Below are positions 9,001 through 16,417 of a DNA stretch of 20,000 nt, in pieces; position 1 is the stretch's first letter; each line of letters opens with the position of its first letter. The translations under genes and the position numbers were made by a program. The DNA lies in the IMG/VR virus record IMGVR_UViG_3300022548_000001; one strand, 5' to 3'. Source of the stretch: an uncultured virus (IMG/VR IMGVR_UViG_3300022548_000001). Taxonomy: Duplodnaviria; Heunggongvirae; Uroviricota; Caudoviricetes. Under the pieces are notes generated by a model that saw only the letters and a list, made by a program, of their open reading frames with translations, did no database searches and was not told the origin of the DNA.

Positions 9001-9486
9001 TAACTCATTCAGCCCTGACGTCATTAAATATTTATACCCATCTTCTTGTTCTCGAGCTTTTCGCAATTTATCGGCAAAAATCATCATCTTTTGGCGATTT
9101 TCTTCAAATTCTTTATCATTAAAGCTTTCAGAAAATTTCATGATTTCAGTATTATTAAGGCCAAGAAAATCAATAATAAAATCCGAATATGAATCTCCAT
9201 AACGCGGGTCGCCTTTAAGCACTTCTTTCCAATATGATTGAAAATTCCCCATTATTGAACATGCAAAACAATGGTATTGACCCGTTTTATTATTTACAGA
9301 CATTGAAGGGTTATTATCAGTGCCTCTGCCATGAGCCGCGGCGTTCCAACAGTGAAAATTTCCATTCGATCCCTGCACCCACCCAAGTTTTTTATAAATT
9401 TCGTGATAATTTCCTGACATTATTTGGTCAGTCATGACATAAAAAGCTTTTAAATCTTCTTTTCGTATTTTATATTTTGTGCCCAT
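6070..9486 (-). CDS. Primase-helicase fusion: CHC2 zinc finger + DnaG-type TOPRIM primase + MCM-family AAA+ helicase
   Basis: Zn finger FHCWNAAAH..DNNPSMSV..YHCFAC; TOPRIM FEGEPD, VFDTD, KDFTDF; MCM motifs: Walker A GETRCGKT, GSGAVSRTGLLGG, WGKIPANDGGIIIIDE (Walker B), SGKVPARTRKIMLSN, arginine finger EILSRFD, VTKEHVD. ATG at 9486 has an AGGAG RBS. Confidence 0.9.
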   Translation of the reverse strand: MGTKYKIRKEDLKAFYVMTDQIMSGNYHEIYKKLGWVQGSNGNFHCWNAAAHGRGTDNNPSMSVNNKTGQYHCFACSIMGNFQSYWKEVLKGDPRYGDSYSDFIIDFLGLNNTEIMKFSESFNDKEFEENRQKMMIFADKLRKAREQEDGYKYLMTSGLNELLKEETTISKSIVDKLVKNLLENNSKMEYLKQTRGITPQVIERYKIGLDDKGRFTFPIIDSEGYCLNIKIYDPQNPNPAYKWHYWEKGLPVKPIPIDNFTKQKIYFFEGEPDTYCAISFGIDGAVTLGGMSNHNVNNIFGEEMARQIFYNKEIVIVFDTDASPNAKTGKTPAQELAHSLYQYARQIKIVNLDISPINPKGLDPSKMKKVITKSGAEKYKRAEKDFTDFLQKNGFNEHAIYLFNKLVDDTDVYTENEGRTRKEKRKVTLQESRMAKNYSSDGSIILELISSVSDFDSTAYQYPKKFCVICQEMGAGGAANKSGKCKNCSLPSYPEFDKTESGITLYFERTDEGVTDRNHIRISEHDILGLIQVTETQKRNHIKDLILANSHCNRLKIIDLEYEKILHVRLAKDVAEYGDPATSSITVEAYMLGEQDIYANKSYRFEAVRTNSWNGQYAVLFAHKAEPIATSIENFVMNEEIHNILLVFRRKPGESIESHLKRRYKIFGNAAGLTGRDDLFLINDLAFFSAAEIHNTTLLPAISRGYVEALIAGETRCGKTVVSRFLHNHYKIGEFISGSGAVSRTGLLGGITTFKNTQSISWGKIPANDGGIIIIDELSQINYEGFDSLTPCRSSGVADVQMAKSGKVPARTRKIMLSNQRGTDKTKKEHTQPFLMLKDLCFNKDEILSRFDIAYIVKQSDVDYKEFQSVYDQISTEFTEFQCQNLIKWCYSRKPDDIILEPGLEEYITEKSGVLLNKFHPSSQLVNIEIRAKVLRMSVSIATMLYSIPPNNDWNKIYVTKEHVDFICTTLMRLYCHPNIALDRYSEAKYQAEKLGDMRFMEGIIKYIGYDQLIKEDEFTESTFRQVFFDYIDAVISNRAFIVSAKNDNERSCSYKYASDVCYKLINLLCHRNCFERTSNRMFRKTEMFSKWLIEKRDSGYEGSDYLDVTPDELTSQMDKKIKRFESLSERYAKRKCD

Positions 9487-9514
9487 ATTTTCTCCTGCCA
9501 AAATATTATTAAAT

Positions 9515-9553
9515 AAAAAAAGACCGCCAAATAATTTTATTGACAGTCTTTTT
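9515..9553 (-). terminator. Probable Rho-independent terminator upstream of the primase-MCM gene
   Basis: Minus strand AAAAAGACTGTCAA-taaaattat-TTGGCGGTCTTTTTTT: stem with two G-U pairs that form only on the minus strand, ending in a U tract. Confidence 0.65.
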
Positions 9554-9566
9554 CCATTTCTATTCT

Positions 9567-9824
9567 TTACGTTTTTGCTATATCAGACAGACTTGGGGGC
9601 TGCTTTATATTTTCAATTGCGGGGAGTTTGCCCGACTTTATACGAATTGTTTTTGAGACCGTTTTCACAACAAGATCTCCACCTTTTAGCCTAGAAACTA
9701 ACGAAACTGACGCGACCTCTCCACAAATTTTAACACCAAACTCGGACCTTCCGGACAAACTTTCCGCCTCAACAATTTCAATAGAAGCGTTATTAGACAA
9801 TTGACCAGAACAAACGACTCTCAT
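9567..9824 (-). CDS. Small hypothetical protein (85 aa, MRVVCSG...)
   Basis: AGGAGG RBS precedes ATG at 9824; the longer TTG start in the ORF track is unlikely. Confidence 0.7.
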   Translation of the reverse strand: MRVVCSGQLSNNASIEIVEAESLSGRSEFGVKICGEVASVSLVSRLKGGDLVVKTVSKTIRIKSGKLPAIENIKQPPSLSDIAKT

Positions 9825-9917
9825 TGGCACCTCCTTTAAAATATTTAAAAAAAAAATAATAACGCTATTAAACAAACACAACAACAAGATATTGATTAAA
9901 ACAGTCTATCTATTGTA

Positions 9918-9947
9918 TTTATATCATGTAAATATTTAAAATAACAA
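9918..9947 (-). promoter_or_regulatory. Sigma70-like leftward promoter (TTGTTA-18 nt-TATAAA, extended -10 TG)
   Basis: Minus strand TTGTTA ttttaaatatttacaTGa TATAAA; same architecture as the promoter at 13607-13636. Confidence 0.5.
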
Positions 9948-9964
9948 AGAAAATAAAAAAAATA

Positions 9965-9993
9965 TTGAAAATATGGTTTCGAAAATATATATT
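9965..9993 (+). promoter_or_regulatory. Sigma70-like rightward promoter (TTGAAA-17 nt-TATATT)
   Basis: TTGAAA at 9965-9970 and TATATT at 9988-9993; predicted transcription start near the ATG at 10000. Confidence 0.5.
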
Positions 9994-9999
9994 ATGAGT

Positions 10000-10230
10000 A
10001 TGAAAGATTCCAAACTCACATTATCTAAGGCTTCACATTTTTTAAATATACATCCAAAAACTCTCCAAAAAATGGATAGGGATGGAAGGCTTAAGGCTTT
10101 TCGTACCAAAACAAATCGTAGATATTATCTTAAATCTCAACTCCAAAAAATTAAAGACAAAATTGATAAAGAGCGTGACGTTAAATTTTTATATAATATA
10201 TTAAAACTTGTAAAAAAATATTATTATTAA
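10000..10230 (+). CDS. MerR/excisionase-like helix-turn-helix DNA-binding protein
   Basis: LTLSKASHFLNIHPKTLQKMDRDGRLKAFRTKTNRRYY matches the MerR-type/Xis winged HTH, also seen at the N-terminus of IS607 TnpA. Start could be 9973, 9994 or 10000. Confidence 0.8.
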   Translation: MKDSKLTLSKASHFLNIHPKTLQKMDRDGRLKAFRTKTNRRYYLKSQLQKIKDKIDKERDVKFLYNILKLVKKYYY

Positions 10231-10260
10231 ATTGTCATAATGTTTGGCTGTGGAGGAAAA

Positions 10261-11397
10261 ATGCTTGAATGGAAACATGATAAGCGCTGGAACCCATTTA
10301 ATAGTTATAAATTACTTATCCATGTTGAATATTGGAAAAAAATTAATAGAAGAAATATAATACCGGCCCCTATTCTTGTCACTGTCGATCCAAGTAATAT
10401 TTGTAATTTAAATTGTCAATGGTGCAATTCCGAATATATTAGAACAAAAAGCCATATAATGATGTCCGAAGATCTTCTTATAAAAATAGCGGATTATCTC
10501 CCCGTTTGGTGTAATTCTACTCCAGGCGTTCAGGCTGTGTGCATAGCCGGCGGAGGCGAACCGTTAACCAATCGCCATGTCGGCTCTTTTATAGAGCAAT
10601 TAATTAAAAATAAAATTGAAGTTGGCGTCGTTACTAACGGCGTATTAATAGATAAATTTATAGAACCATTATCAAAATGCTCATGGGTCGGCGTATCAGT
10701 AGACGCCGGAATCGGTCAAACATATAATTTATATAAAGGCTCCTCAACATTTGGAAAAGTAATTGAAAATATACAAGCCCTTATTAAGTATTCAAAAGAA
10801 AATAAAACAACGCTTGGCTCGGATAATCCTGCCTATGGCGTAAGTTATAAATACCTCATTTATAAAACTAATATACATGAAATGACGATTGCGGCTCAAA
10901 CAGCTAAAGACATTGGATGTAAAAATATTCATTTTCGGCCGGCTAGTGTCCCATGGGATAAACTTGAAAATCAAACTGTTTTATTTCATGATAACGACAT
11001 TCAAGAGTTTGATAATCAAATAAATAAATGCATGAATTTAGACGACAATACGTTTAACGTTTATGGAATAACTCATAAATTTAGCCCTCAATTTAAAAAA
11101 TCAAATAATTTTAAAAAATGCTATGCAATATTTATGACTGCAGTGTTTGAGCCTGGAATTAATCATAACACTTTTAATCTCGGGCTTTGTTGCGACAGGC
11201 GCGGAGACAAAACACTTGAATTATTAAAAAACTGCGGCAATCCGTCCGAAATTTCCTATGTATGGGGAGGCGCCGATCATTGGAAAATACATGATTCAAT
11301 ATGTGTATCAAAATGTCCTCGATGTACATACCAGCCTCATAATGAAATTTATGAGAACGTAATTCTTCAAGACAATATGACATATAAGTTTATATAG
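10261..11397 (+). CDS. Radical SAM enzyme with SPASM/twitch domain
   Basis: CNLNCQWC (CxxxCxxC), GGGEP, VTNG, VSVDAG; C-terminal Cys set KKCY...LCCD...CPRC; GGAGG RBS before ATG at 10261. Confidence 0.92.
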   Translation: MLEWKHDKRWNPFNSYKLLIHVEYWKKINRRNIIPAPILVTVDPSNICNLNCQWCNSEYIRTKSHIMMSEDLLIKIADYLPVWCNSTPGVQAVCIAGGGEPLTNRHVGSFIEQLIKNKIEVGVVTNGVLIDKFIEPLSKCSWVGVSVDAGIGQTYNLYKGSSTFGKVIENIQALIKYSKENKTTLGSDNPAYGVSYKYLIYKTNIHEMTIAAQTAKDIGCKNIHFRPASVPWDKLENQTVLFHDNDIQEFDNQINKCMNLDDNTFNVYGITHKFSPQFKKSNNFKKCYAIFMTAVFEPGINHNTFNLGLCCDRRGDKTLELLKNCGNPSEISYVWGGADHWKIHDSICVSKCPRCTYQPHNEIYENVILQDNMTYKFI

Positions 11398-11405
11398 GAG
11401 GGTAT

Positions 11406-12647
11406 ATGGCTGTTTCGGTTGTTGGTCTGGGAAAGCTTGGCCTTTGCACCGCCGCATGTTTATCATGCGAGGGTATACCGGTTATTGGATACGACAATGA
11501 TGAAACAAAAATATCTAATCTAAGTAAAAGAAAATGTTATATTGACGAACCAGGGCTTGAAGATAAATTAAACGACGCATTTATTAATCATTCATTTGCC
11601 GTTACGAATAGTATTGAAACCATCGTCGAACACACCAATCAAACATTTATAATAGTTCCAACCCCAAGCAATGAATATGGGTATTTTTCAAACGCGTCAA
11701 TAATAGACGTTCTTAAAAAAATGGTCATCCCGCTTCGAAGAAAAAAAGAATATCATATTATTAATATTGTTTCGACGGTTATGCCTGGTTCATGTAATAA
11801 ATTTATAACATACATTGAAAAGCATGCCAATAAAATTGCGGGAAAAGATTTTGACGTCGTATATAATCCAGAGTTTGTGGCCATAGGAAACGTTATACAA
11901 GGGTTTTTACACCCAGATATGGTATTAATAGGCTCCAACAGCGAAAACGCTGGAAAGGCTGTTGCTGATAATTATAAAACAATAAGCAATAATATTCAAA
12001 TAATGTCGCTGATAAACGCAGAGCTTACTAAGCTTAGTCTTAATTGCTTCTTAACAATGAAAATAAGTTTTATAAATGAAATTGCGACAATATGCGAAGT
12101 AACCCCCGGAGCAAATATAGATTATATTACCAACGCCATGGGGTGTGATTCAAGAATTGGACGTAAATTAATGACAGCAGGGCTTGGTTTTGGCGGCCCA
12201 TGCCTTCCTCGCGACATAATAGCCCTGTCCGCATATGCAAAGAAAAAAGGGTATAACCCGCACCTTTTATACGCTATTAATAAAACGAATAATAAGATCA
12301 TTGGGAAAATATTGTCAAAAATTTTATGCCATGCCCCACAAGACGCGATTATTGATATTTATGGATCTTCATATAAATCAGGAACAAAACTCACCGAAGG
12401 ATCTCAATCAATAATATTAAAAAATCAACTTATTGAAATGGGATATCAAAACACCCGAATGTTTGATAATCCGCATAATTATGATAAAGACGACCGCCCA
12501 TTAGTAATAATCATGATGTCCGATAATATTAAAATGAAATTTGAAGACATTATCACAAAAGAAACGATTTTTATTGATCCGTGGAGAAAATATATGCATT
12601 TAAAAAAACATTGTATCTATTATGGAACGGGGGTAAGCGTTGATTGA
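11406..12647 (+). CDS. Nucleotide-sugar dehydrogenase (UDP-glucose/GDP-mannose dehydrogenase family)
   Basis: VVGLGKLG Rossmann motif, IVPTP, STVMPG, YNPEF, AELTK...N, catalytic GFGGPCLPRD; GGAGG RBS. Confidence 0.93.
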   Translation: MAVSVVGLGKLGLCTAACLSCEGIPVIGYDNDETKISNLSKRKCYIDEPGLEDKLNDAFINHSFAVTNSIETIVEHTNQTFIIVPTPSNEYGYFSNASIIDVLKKMVIPLRRKKEYHIINIVSTVMPGSCNKFITYIEKHANKIAGKDFDVVYNPEFVAIGNVIQGFLHPDMVLIGSNSENAGKAVADNYKTISNNIQIMSLINAELTKLSLNCFLTMKISFINEIATICEVTPGANIDYITNAMGCDSRIGRKLMTAGLGFGGPCLPRDIIALSAYAKKKGYNPHLLYAINKTNNKIIGKILSKILCHAPQDAIIDIYGSSYKSGTKLTEGSQSIILKNQLIEMGYQNTRMFDNPHNYDKDDRPLVIIMMSDNIKMKFEDIITKETIFIDPWRKYMHLKKHCIYYGTGVSVD

Positions 12648-13437
12648 AATAAATAATGTAATAAATTATTGGAATAACCGCCCGTGTAATATCAGACATT
12701 CCGACAAACCAATCGGATCAAAAGAATATTTTGACGAAGTCGAAATTAAGAAATATACTGTTGAGCCGCATATTCCGCCATTCGCTGATTTTAAGGCGTG
12801 GAAAGGAAAAAAGGTTCTTGAAATAGGATGCGGAATAGGGACTGACACGATAAATTTCGCCAGACATGGCGCTATTGTTACCGCCGTAGACATTTCTGAG
12901 GAGTCTTTAAAAATAGCAAAAATAAGAGAAAAAGTTCTTGGGATAAGTCCTGGAAATATTAAATTTTACCAAGCTAACGCCGAAAAATTATCGGAAGTCA
13001 TTCCTATTGAAATATATGATCTTATATATTCTTTTGGCGTCCTGCATCACACGCCGTCTCCTGAATCCGCTATTTCAGAAATAAAAAAATACATGGGAGA
13101 AAAAACAATTTTAAAATTAATGTTATATCATAAAAATTCTACTAAAGCATTTTCGCACCCATTCCAATACGCTGGAAAATATTCAGAAGCCGAGCCCGGA
13201 TGTCCAATAACGCATATATATACAAAATTAGACGTAAAAAGGCTTCTTCAAGATTTTCATATTCATGAAATAAAAGTCGATCATATTTTTCCATATCATA
13301 TAAAATCATATAAAAAACATATATATAAAAAAAGGTGGTATTGGGCTATAATGCCAAAATCTATTTTTTATTTTTTAGAAAAAACATTTGGATGGCATTT
13401 ATTAATTACAGCGTCACTAAAACAGCATAAAAACTAA
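12640..13437 (+). CDS. Class I SAM-dependent methyltransferase
   Basis: VLEIGCGIG motif I, VTAVDIS, YDLIYSFGVLHH; TTG start overlaps the upstream stop, with GGGG RBS. No DPPY/NPPY or PCQ motif, so not a canonical DNA methyltransferase. Confidence 0.88.
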   Translation: MIEINNVINYWNNRPCNIRHSDKPIGSKEYFDEVEIKKYTVEPHIPPFADFKAWKGKKVLEIGCGIGTDTINFARHGAIVTAVDISEESLKIAKIREKVLGISPGNIKFYQANAEKLSEVIPIEIYDLIYSFGVLHHTPSPESAISEIKKYMGEKTILKLMLYHKNSTKAFSHPFQYAGKYSEAEPGCPITHIYTKLDVKRLLQDFHIHEIKVDHIFPYHIKSYKKHIYKKRWYWAIMPKSIFYFLEKTFGWHLLITASLKQHKN

Positions 13438-13491
13438 AAAAAAGGAAAGTTTGAGCGAGACAGTTCTACTTGAACTCGCTTGACTTTCCTT
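13436..13491 (-). terminator. Long hairpin plus U tract
   Basis: AAGGAAAGT/ACTTTCCTT outer stem and AGCGAG/CTCGCT inner stem, followed on the minus strand by T8. Confidence 0.65.
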
Positions 13492-13600
13492 GGCCTGTAC
13501 GCCTTTACCGACATAGATAAAGGCGTTCGGGGGAGGCAGGCCACCTTGGTTGGAAGGCTATTTTTTTTTTTTTATCCTAAAAAGGACATTCCTTCCTTCC
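13436..13600 (-). ncRNA. Candidate small structured RNA of about 165 nt
   Basis: Upstream promoter at 13607-13636, three consecutive stem-loops, and a final hairpin followed by U8; no ORF. Confidence 0.45.
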
Positions 13601-13606
13601 AATTAT

Positions 13607-13636
13607 ATTGTACCATAATTAAATAAAAAATAACAA
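13607..13636 (-). promoter_or_regulatory. Sigma70-like leftward promoter (TTGTTA-18 nt-TACAAT, extended -10 TG)
   Basis: Minus strand TTGTTA ttttttatttaattaTGg TACAAT ataattG. Confidence 0.55.
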
Positions 13637-13677
13637 TTTGAAATTAGTGAACTACCAGCGTTAAAGATGGTAGTGGT

Positions 13678-16035
13678 TTATCCAAACGGCCAATCAAATA
13701 TTGGAAATCCATCCTTTCCTATTCCTCCTCTGATGGCGCTGACAAAATAATCAATGCCAAGTTCTTTAACTCTTTTCATTCCATTTTTTGAAAGCATATA
13801 TGTCATTGATTTTGCTATTGATTGATCAAATGTAATGGTTATACCCCAATCGTCTTCAGCTCTCATAATACGTCCATACATTTGAATCATATCAGTAAAT
13901 ACCGCCCTATCCAAATAATTTGGATCTTTTGAAATATTAAACGTTTCATTTCCTTTATATTTTGACATTACATACGGATCGCCAAGGCTTGGGATTGGCT
14001 TTTTCAGAATTATTTGTATTCTTGCTGTATCATATTTAAAATCCACCCCTTCATTAACAGACGCTGATACAAAAGTAATTCCTTCGTTTGGGTGGCGGAA
14101 CAAATATTGAAGGATTTCATCTTTATGAATAAAATTTGTCACATGATGCGTTATTTTATTTTTAATCGACTTGTCATTTTTTCCAATTTGAATAAACCAT
14201 TTTTCGTTTACATATGGACAGAATTCAGCTATTCTTTTCGCCAAATCAAACGAAAAAACATGAACAATTACATTAGCGTTTGACGACGGTTGAGCGTTTT
14301 TTCCTATAATCTTTTTTATATTTTCTTCTTTTTTGCAATATTCGCGCACTTTTTCAATAATCTCACCAAGCTGTCTAGTAAAATTTAATGTTCCGTCATG
14401 AGTTTTATATATATATGATCCAGATTCGTTTTTTTGAGAAAAATCCATATAATTGCTTCCACGGAGAATGTATATCGGCCTTCGTTCCCTATCAAATGTC
14501 GTCGGTATCGAAATCATTTCAACACTGTTCATGTTAACCCCAAACGTCTTCATCATACCAATCTGATCTATCCATGTTCCAGTGCTTAAAATGACATGCT
14601 CCGCTTTGTTATAAAAGAACGTATTCATGATTTCGGGAACGTTTATTGGCACTAACTTTATAGATTGCAATTCGGCTTTATGATAATCAGGCATAACATT
14701 TTTTACAAAAGCAATAATATCGCTTTCTTCGTATGCCCTCCACATATTATTCATACAATTTGAAAATATGAAAGAATTAGGTATATTCATCAAACCAACA
14801 ATGTCTTCAAGATGTTCTATTGCATTGTTGTACCACATATAATTTTTCATAGAACTAAAATTAAAAAAAGTATGATCACATTGATTGTCTTCACACTTTT
14901 TTAAAAAATACTCCCGACATTTAACCCATGCCTTATTAAGACGAGGGTTTTCACAATTTCCTTTACAAACAGAATCAATAAAATTTAACATATTAAATTG
15001 TATTTTATCCGGCGACATGTCAGAAATTATTTTAAATTCATTAACAAGCTGATTTGTGCTTGCTGGTATCTTTACGCCGCCGCCAAGATAAGAATATCCA
15101 TATATAGGCCACAAATGAGACGTAAGAATCGCGGCGCATTTCGCGGGAAGTATTACTGTTTTCATTAAATACATAAATTTTTCAGTAAATTCTTTTATAT
15201 CCTGACAATCATAAAGTTCTGATATATCTATTCCAAAATATTTTTTAAGAAATTCAACGTGAATTCCGCCTCCAAATATTCTTTCGACAATATTTTCTAT
15301 TTTATGGCATTCATCAATAACCATAAGCTTGTTCTCGTTAAAAAGCGGAGATTGAATCCTATTAAGCATATAAAAAACGTCAGGATTCAAAATTCGTATT
15401 TGATATACTTGTGATAACACTCTTGTGCTTTTTACTGGGCATTCAACCGGACTTATATCGCATCCTATTATAGAAGAATAAAATCTATGATGAATAACAT
15501 CATTAGGATATAATGTTTTTATCCGATTTAAAACATTAGAAATATCATCGGAAATTTCAAAACCGGATCTCATTCTAAAAATTCTATTATCATTTCCATA
15601 CATATTAATAATTTTATGAATACTTTTTAAAAGATCTGAATCTGAAAATGACGATTTTTTATTTGAATTTTGACATGTTTCGTATTGATCGCCGGAATAA
15701 TTGCATCTGATTCGCTCATCAAGAATGGTCGCTCCATTACAACAATATGCGCCGCGCCCTTTAACCATTTTTATTTCAGGCCACAGCTCTTTAACCATTT
15801 GATCTTGAAGCTGCTTTTGGTGTGTCAAGTAGACGGTCTTGCCAAGACACATTCCGACGGTATAATTAATTGCCGATTTCCCGCAGCCAACCGGCCCATT
15901 AAGACAGACAAATTTTTTCCCATTTTGAAACGCCTCAATAATTTTAATAATGGTTTCTTTTTGATATGGTCTATAGCGCGGAGACCCATCGCTATTTTTT
16001 ATTGGAAAATGTTTATCAATCAGATCATTAATCAT
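13678..16035 (-). CDS. DinG/XPD(Rad3)-like superfamily 2 helicase
   Basis: Q motif RPYQ, Walker A GPVGCGKS, VKGRGAYCC, DECH box, ILSTGT, NEGVDFK, motif VI QMYGRIMRAEDDWG; Cys cluster after motif Ia is compatible with an Fe-S domain; AGGAG RBS. Confidence 0.88.
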   Translation of the reverse strand: MINDLIDKHFPIKNSDGSPRYRPYQKETIIKIIEAFQNGKKFVCLNGPVGCGKSAINYTVGMCLGKTVYLTHQKQLQDQMVKELWPEIKMVKGRGAYCCNGATILDERIRCNYSGDQYETCQNSNKKSSFSDSDLLKSIHKIINMYGNDNRIFRMRSGFEISDDISNVLNRIKTLYPNDVIHHRFYSSIIGCDISPVECPVKSTRVLSQVYQIRILNPDVFYMLNRIQSPLFNENKLMVIDECHKIENIVERIFGGGIHVEFLKKYFGIDISELYDCQDIKEFTEKFMYLMKTVILPAKCAAILTSHLWPIYGYSYLGGGVKIPASTNQLVNEFKIISDMSPDKIQFNMLNFIDSVCKGNCENPRLNKAWVKCREYFLKKCEDNQCDHTFFNFSSMKNYMWYNNAIEHLEDIVGLMNIPNSFIFSNCMNNMWRAYEESDIIAFVKNVMPDYHKAELQSIKLVPINVPEIMNTFFYNKAEHVILSTGTWIDQIGMMKTFGVNMNSVEMISIPTTFDRERRPIYILRGSNYMDFSQKNESGSYIYKTHDGTLNFTRQLGEIIEKVREYCKKEENIKKIIGKNAQPSSNANVIVHVFSFDLAKRIAEFCPYVNEKWFIQIGKNDKSIKNKITHHVTNFIHKDEILQYLFRHPNEGITFVSASVNEGVDFKYDTARIQIILKKPIPSLGDPYVMSKYKGNETFNISKDPNYLDRAVFTDMIQMYGRIMRAEDDWGITITFDQSIAKSMTYMLSKNGMKRVKELGIDYFVSAIRGGIGKDGFPIFDWPFG

Positions 16036-16165
16036 AAATACTCCTAAAAAATGTTTGTTATTAATTATCCGTCATATCTCAACGATTTTAGCGGTAGGAC
16101 GCGCCAGACGGCATAAAAAATATTAAACAGGCCGATTCTATCGTCTATAATTTTAGACTGATTGA

Positions 16166-16378
16166 TTATTCATCTATTTTAGAAGCACTACACCAATTTA
16201 CTAAAATTTGATGGCTGCACTTGGCTACCGATTTTATAAAAACAACTTCAAAACCGCATTTTTCTTTCTTACATAATTTTTCGGCTTCCTTCTTCGCTTC
16301 TTCAAGAGTAGAGTAAACGCCTAAATCTCGACCTTCTCGAACGACAAGATATCCTGAGATTGATGGATTAAAAGGCAT
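16166..16378 (-). CDS. Small hypothetical protein
   Basis: 70 aa; GGAGG RBS; YSTLEEAKKEAEKL helix pattern common in small phage proteins. Confidence 0.7.
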   Translation of the reverse strand: MPFNPSISGYLVVREGRDLGVYSTLEEAKKEAEKLCKKEKCGFEVVFIKSVAKCSHQILVNWCSASKIDE

Positions 16379-16417
16379 CGCAAACCTCCATGAGATTATA
16401 TTTAGCCATTAGAGTAA

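Noticed and set aside
6070..9486. Intein in the MCM domain
   Set aside because: Walker A through arginine finger are normally spaced; no intein splice-junction or LAGLIDADG motifs noticed.
9973..10230. IS607-family transposon suggested by the TnpA-like HTH
   Set aside because: The ORF ends after the HTH; no serine-recombinase catalytic domain and no tnpB follow.
12640..13437. DNA methyltransferase of a restriction-modification system
   Set aside because: Lacks N6A/N4C (DPPY/NPPY) and C5 (PCQ, ENV) catalytic motifs; resembles small-molecule or sugar methyltransferases.
3060..16047. Short antisense or nested ORFs in the track (e.g. 3060..3278, 4805..5002, 8197..8394, 10792..10974, 14092..14283, 15670..16047)
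   Set aside because: Shadow frames of long, motif-supported genes, with no recognisable motifs.
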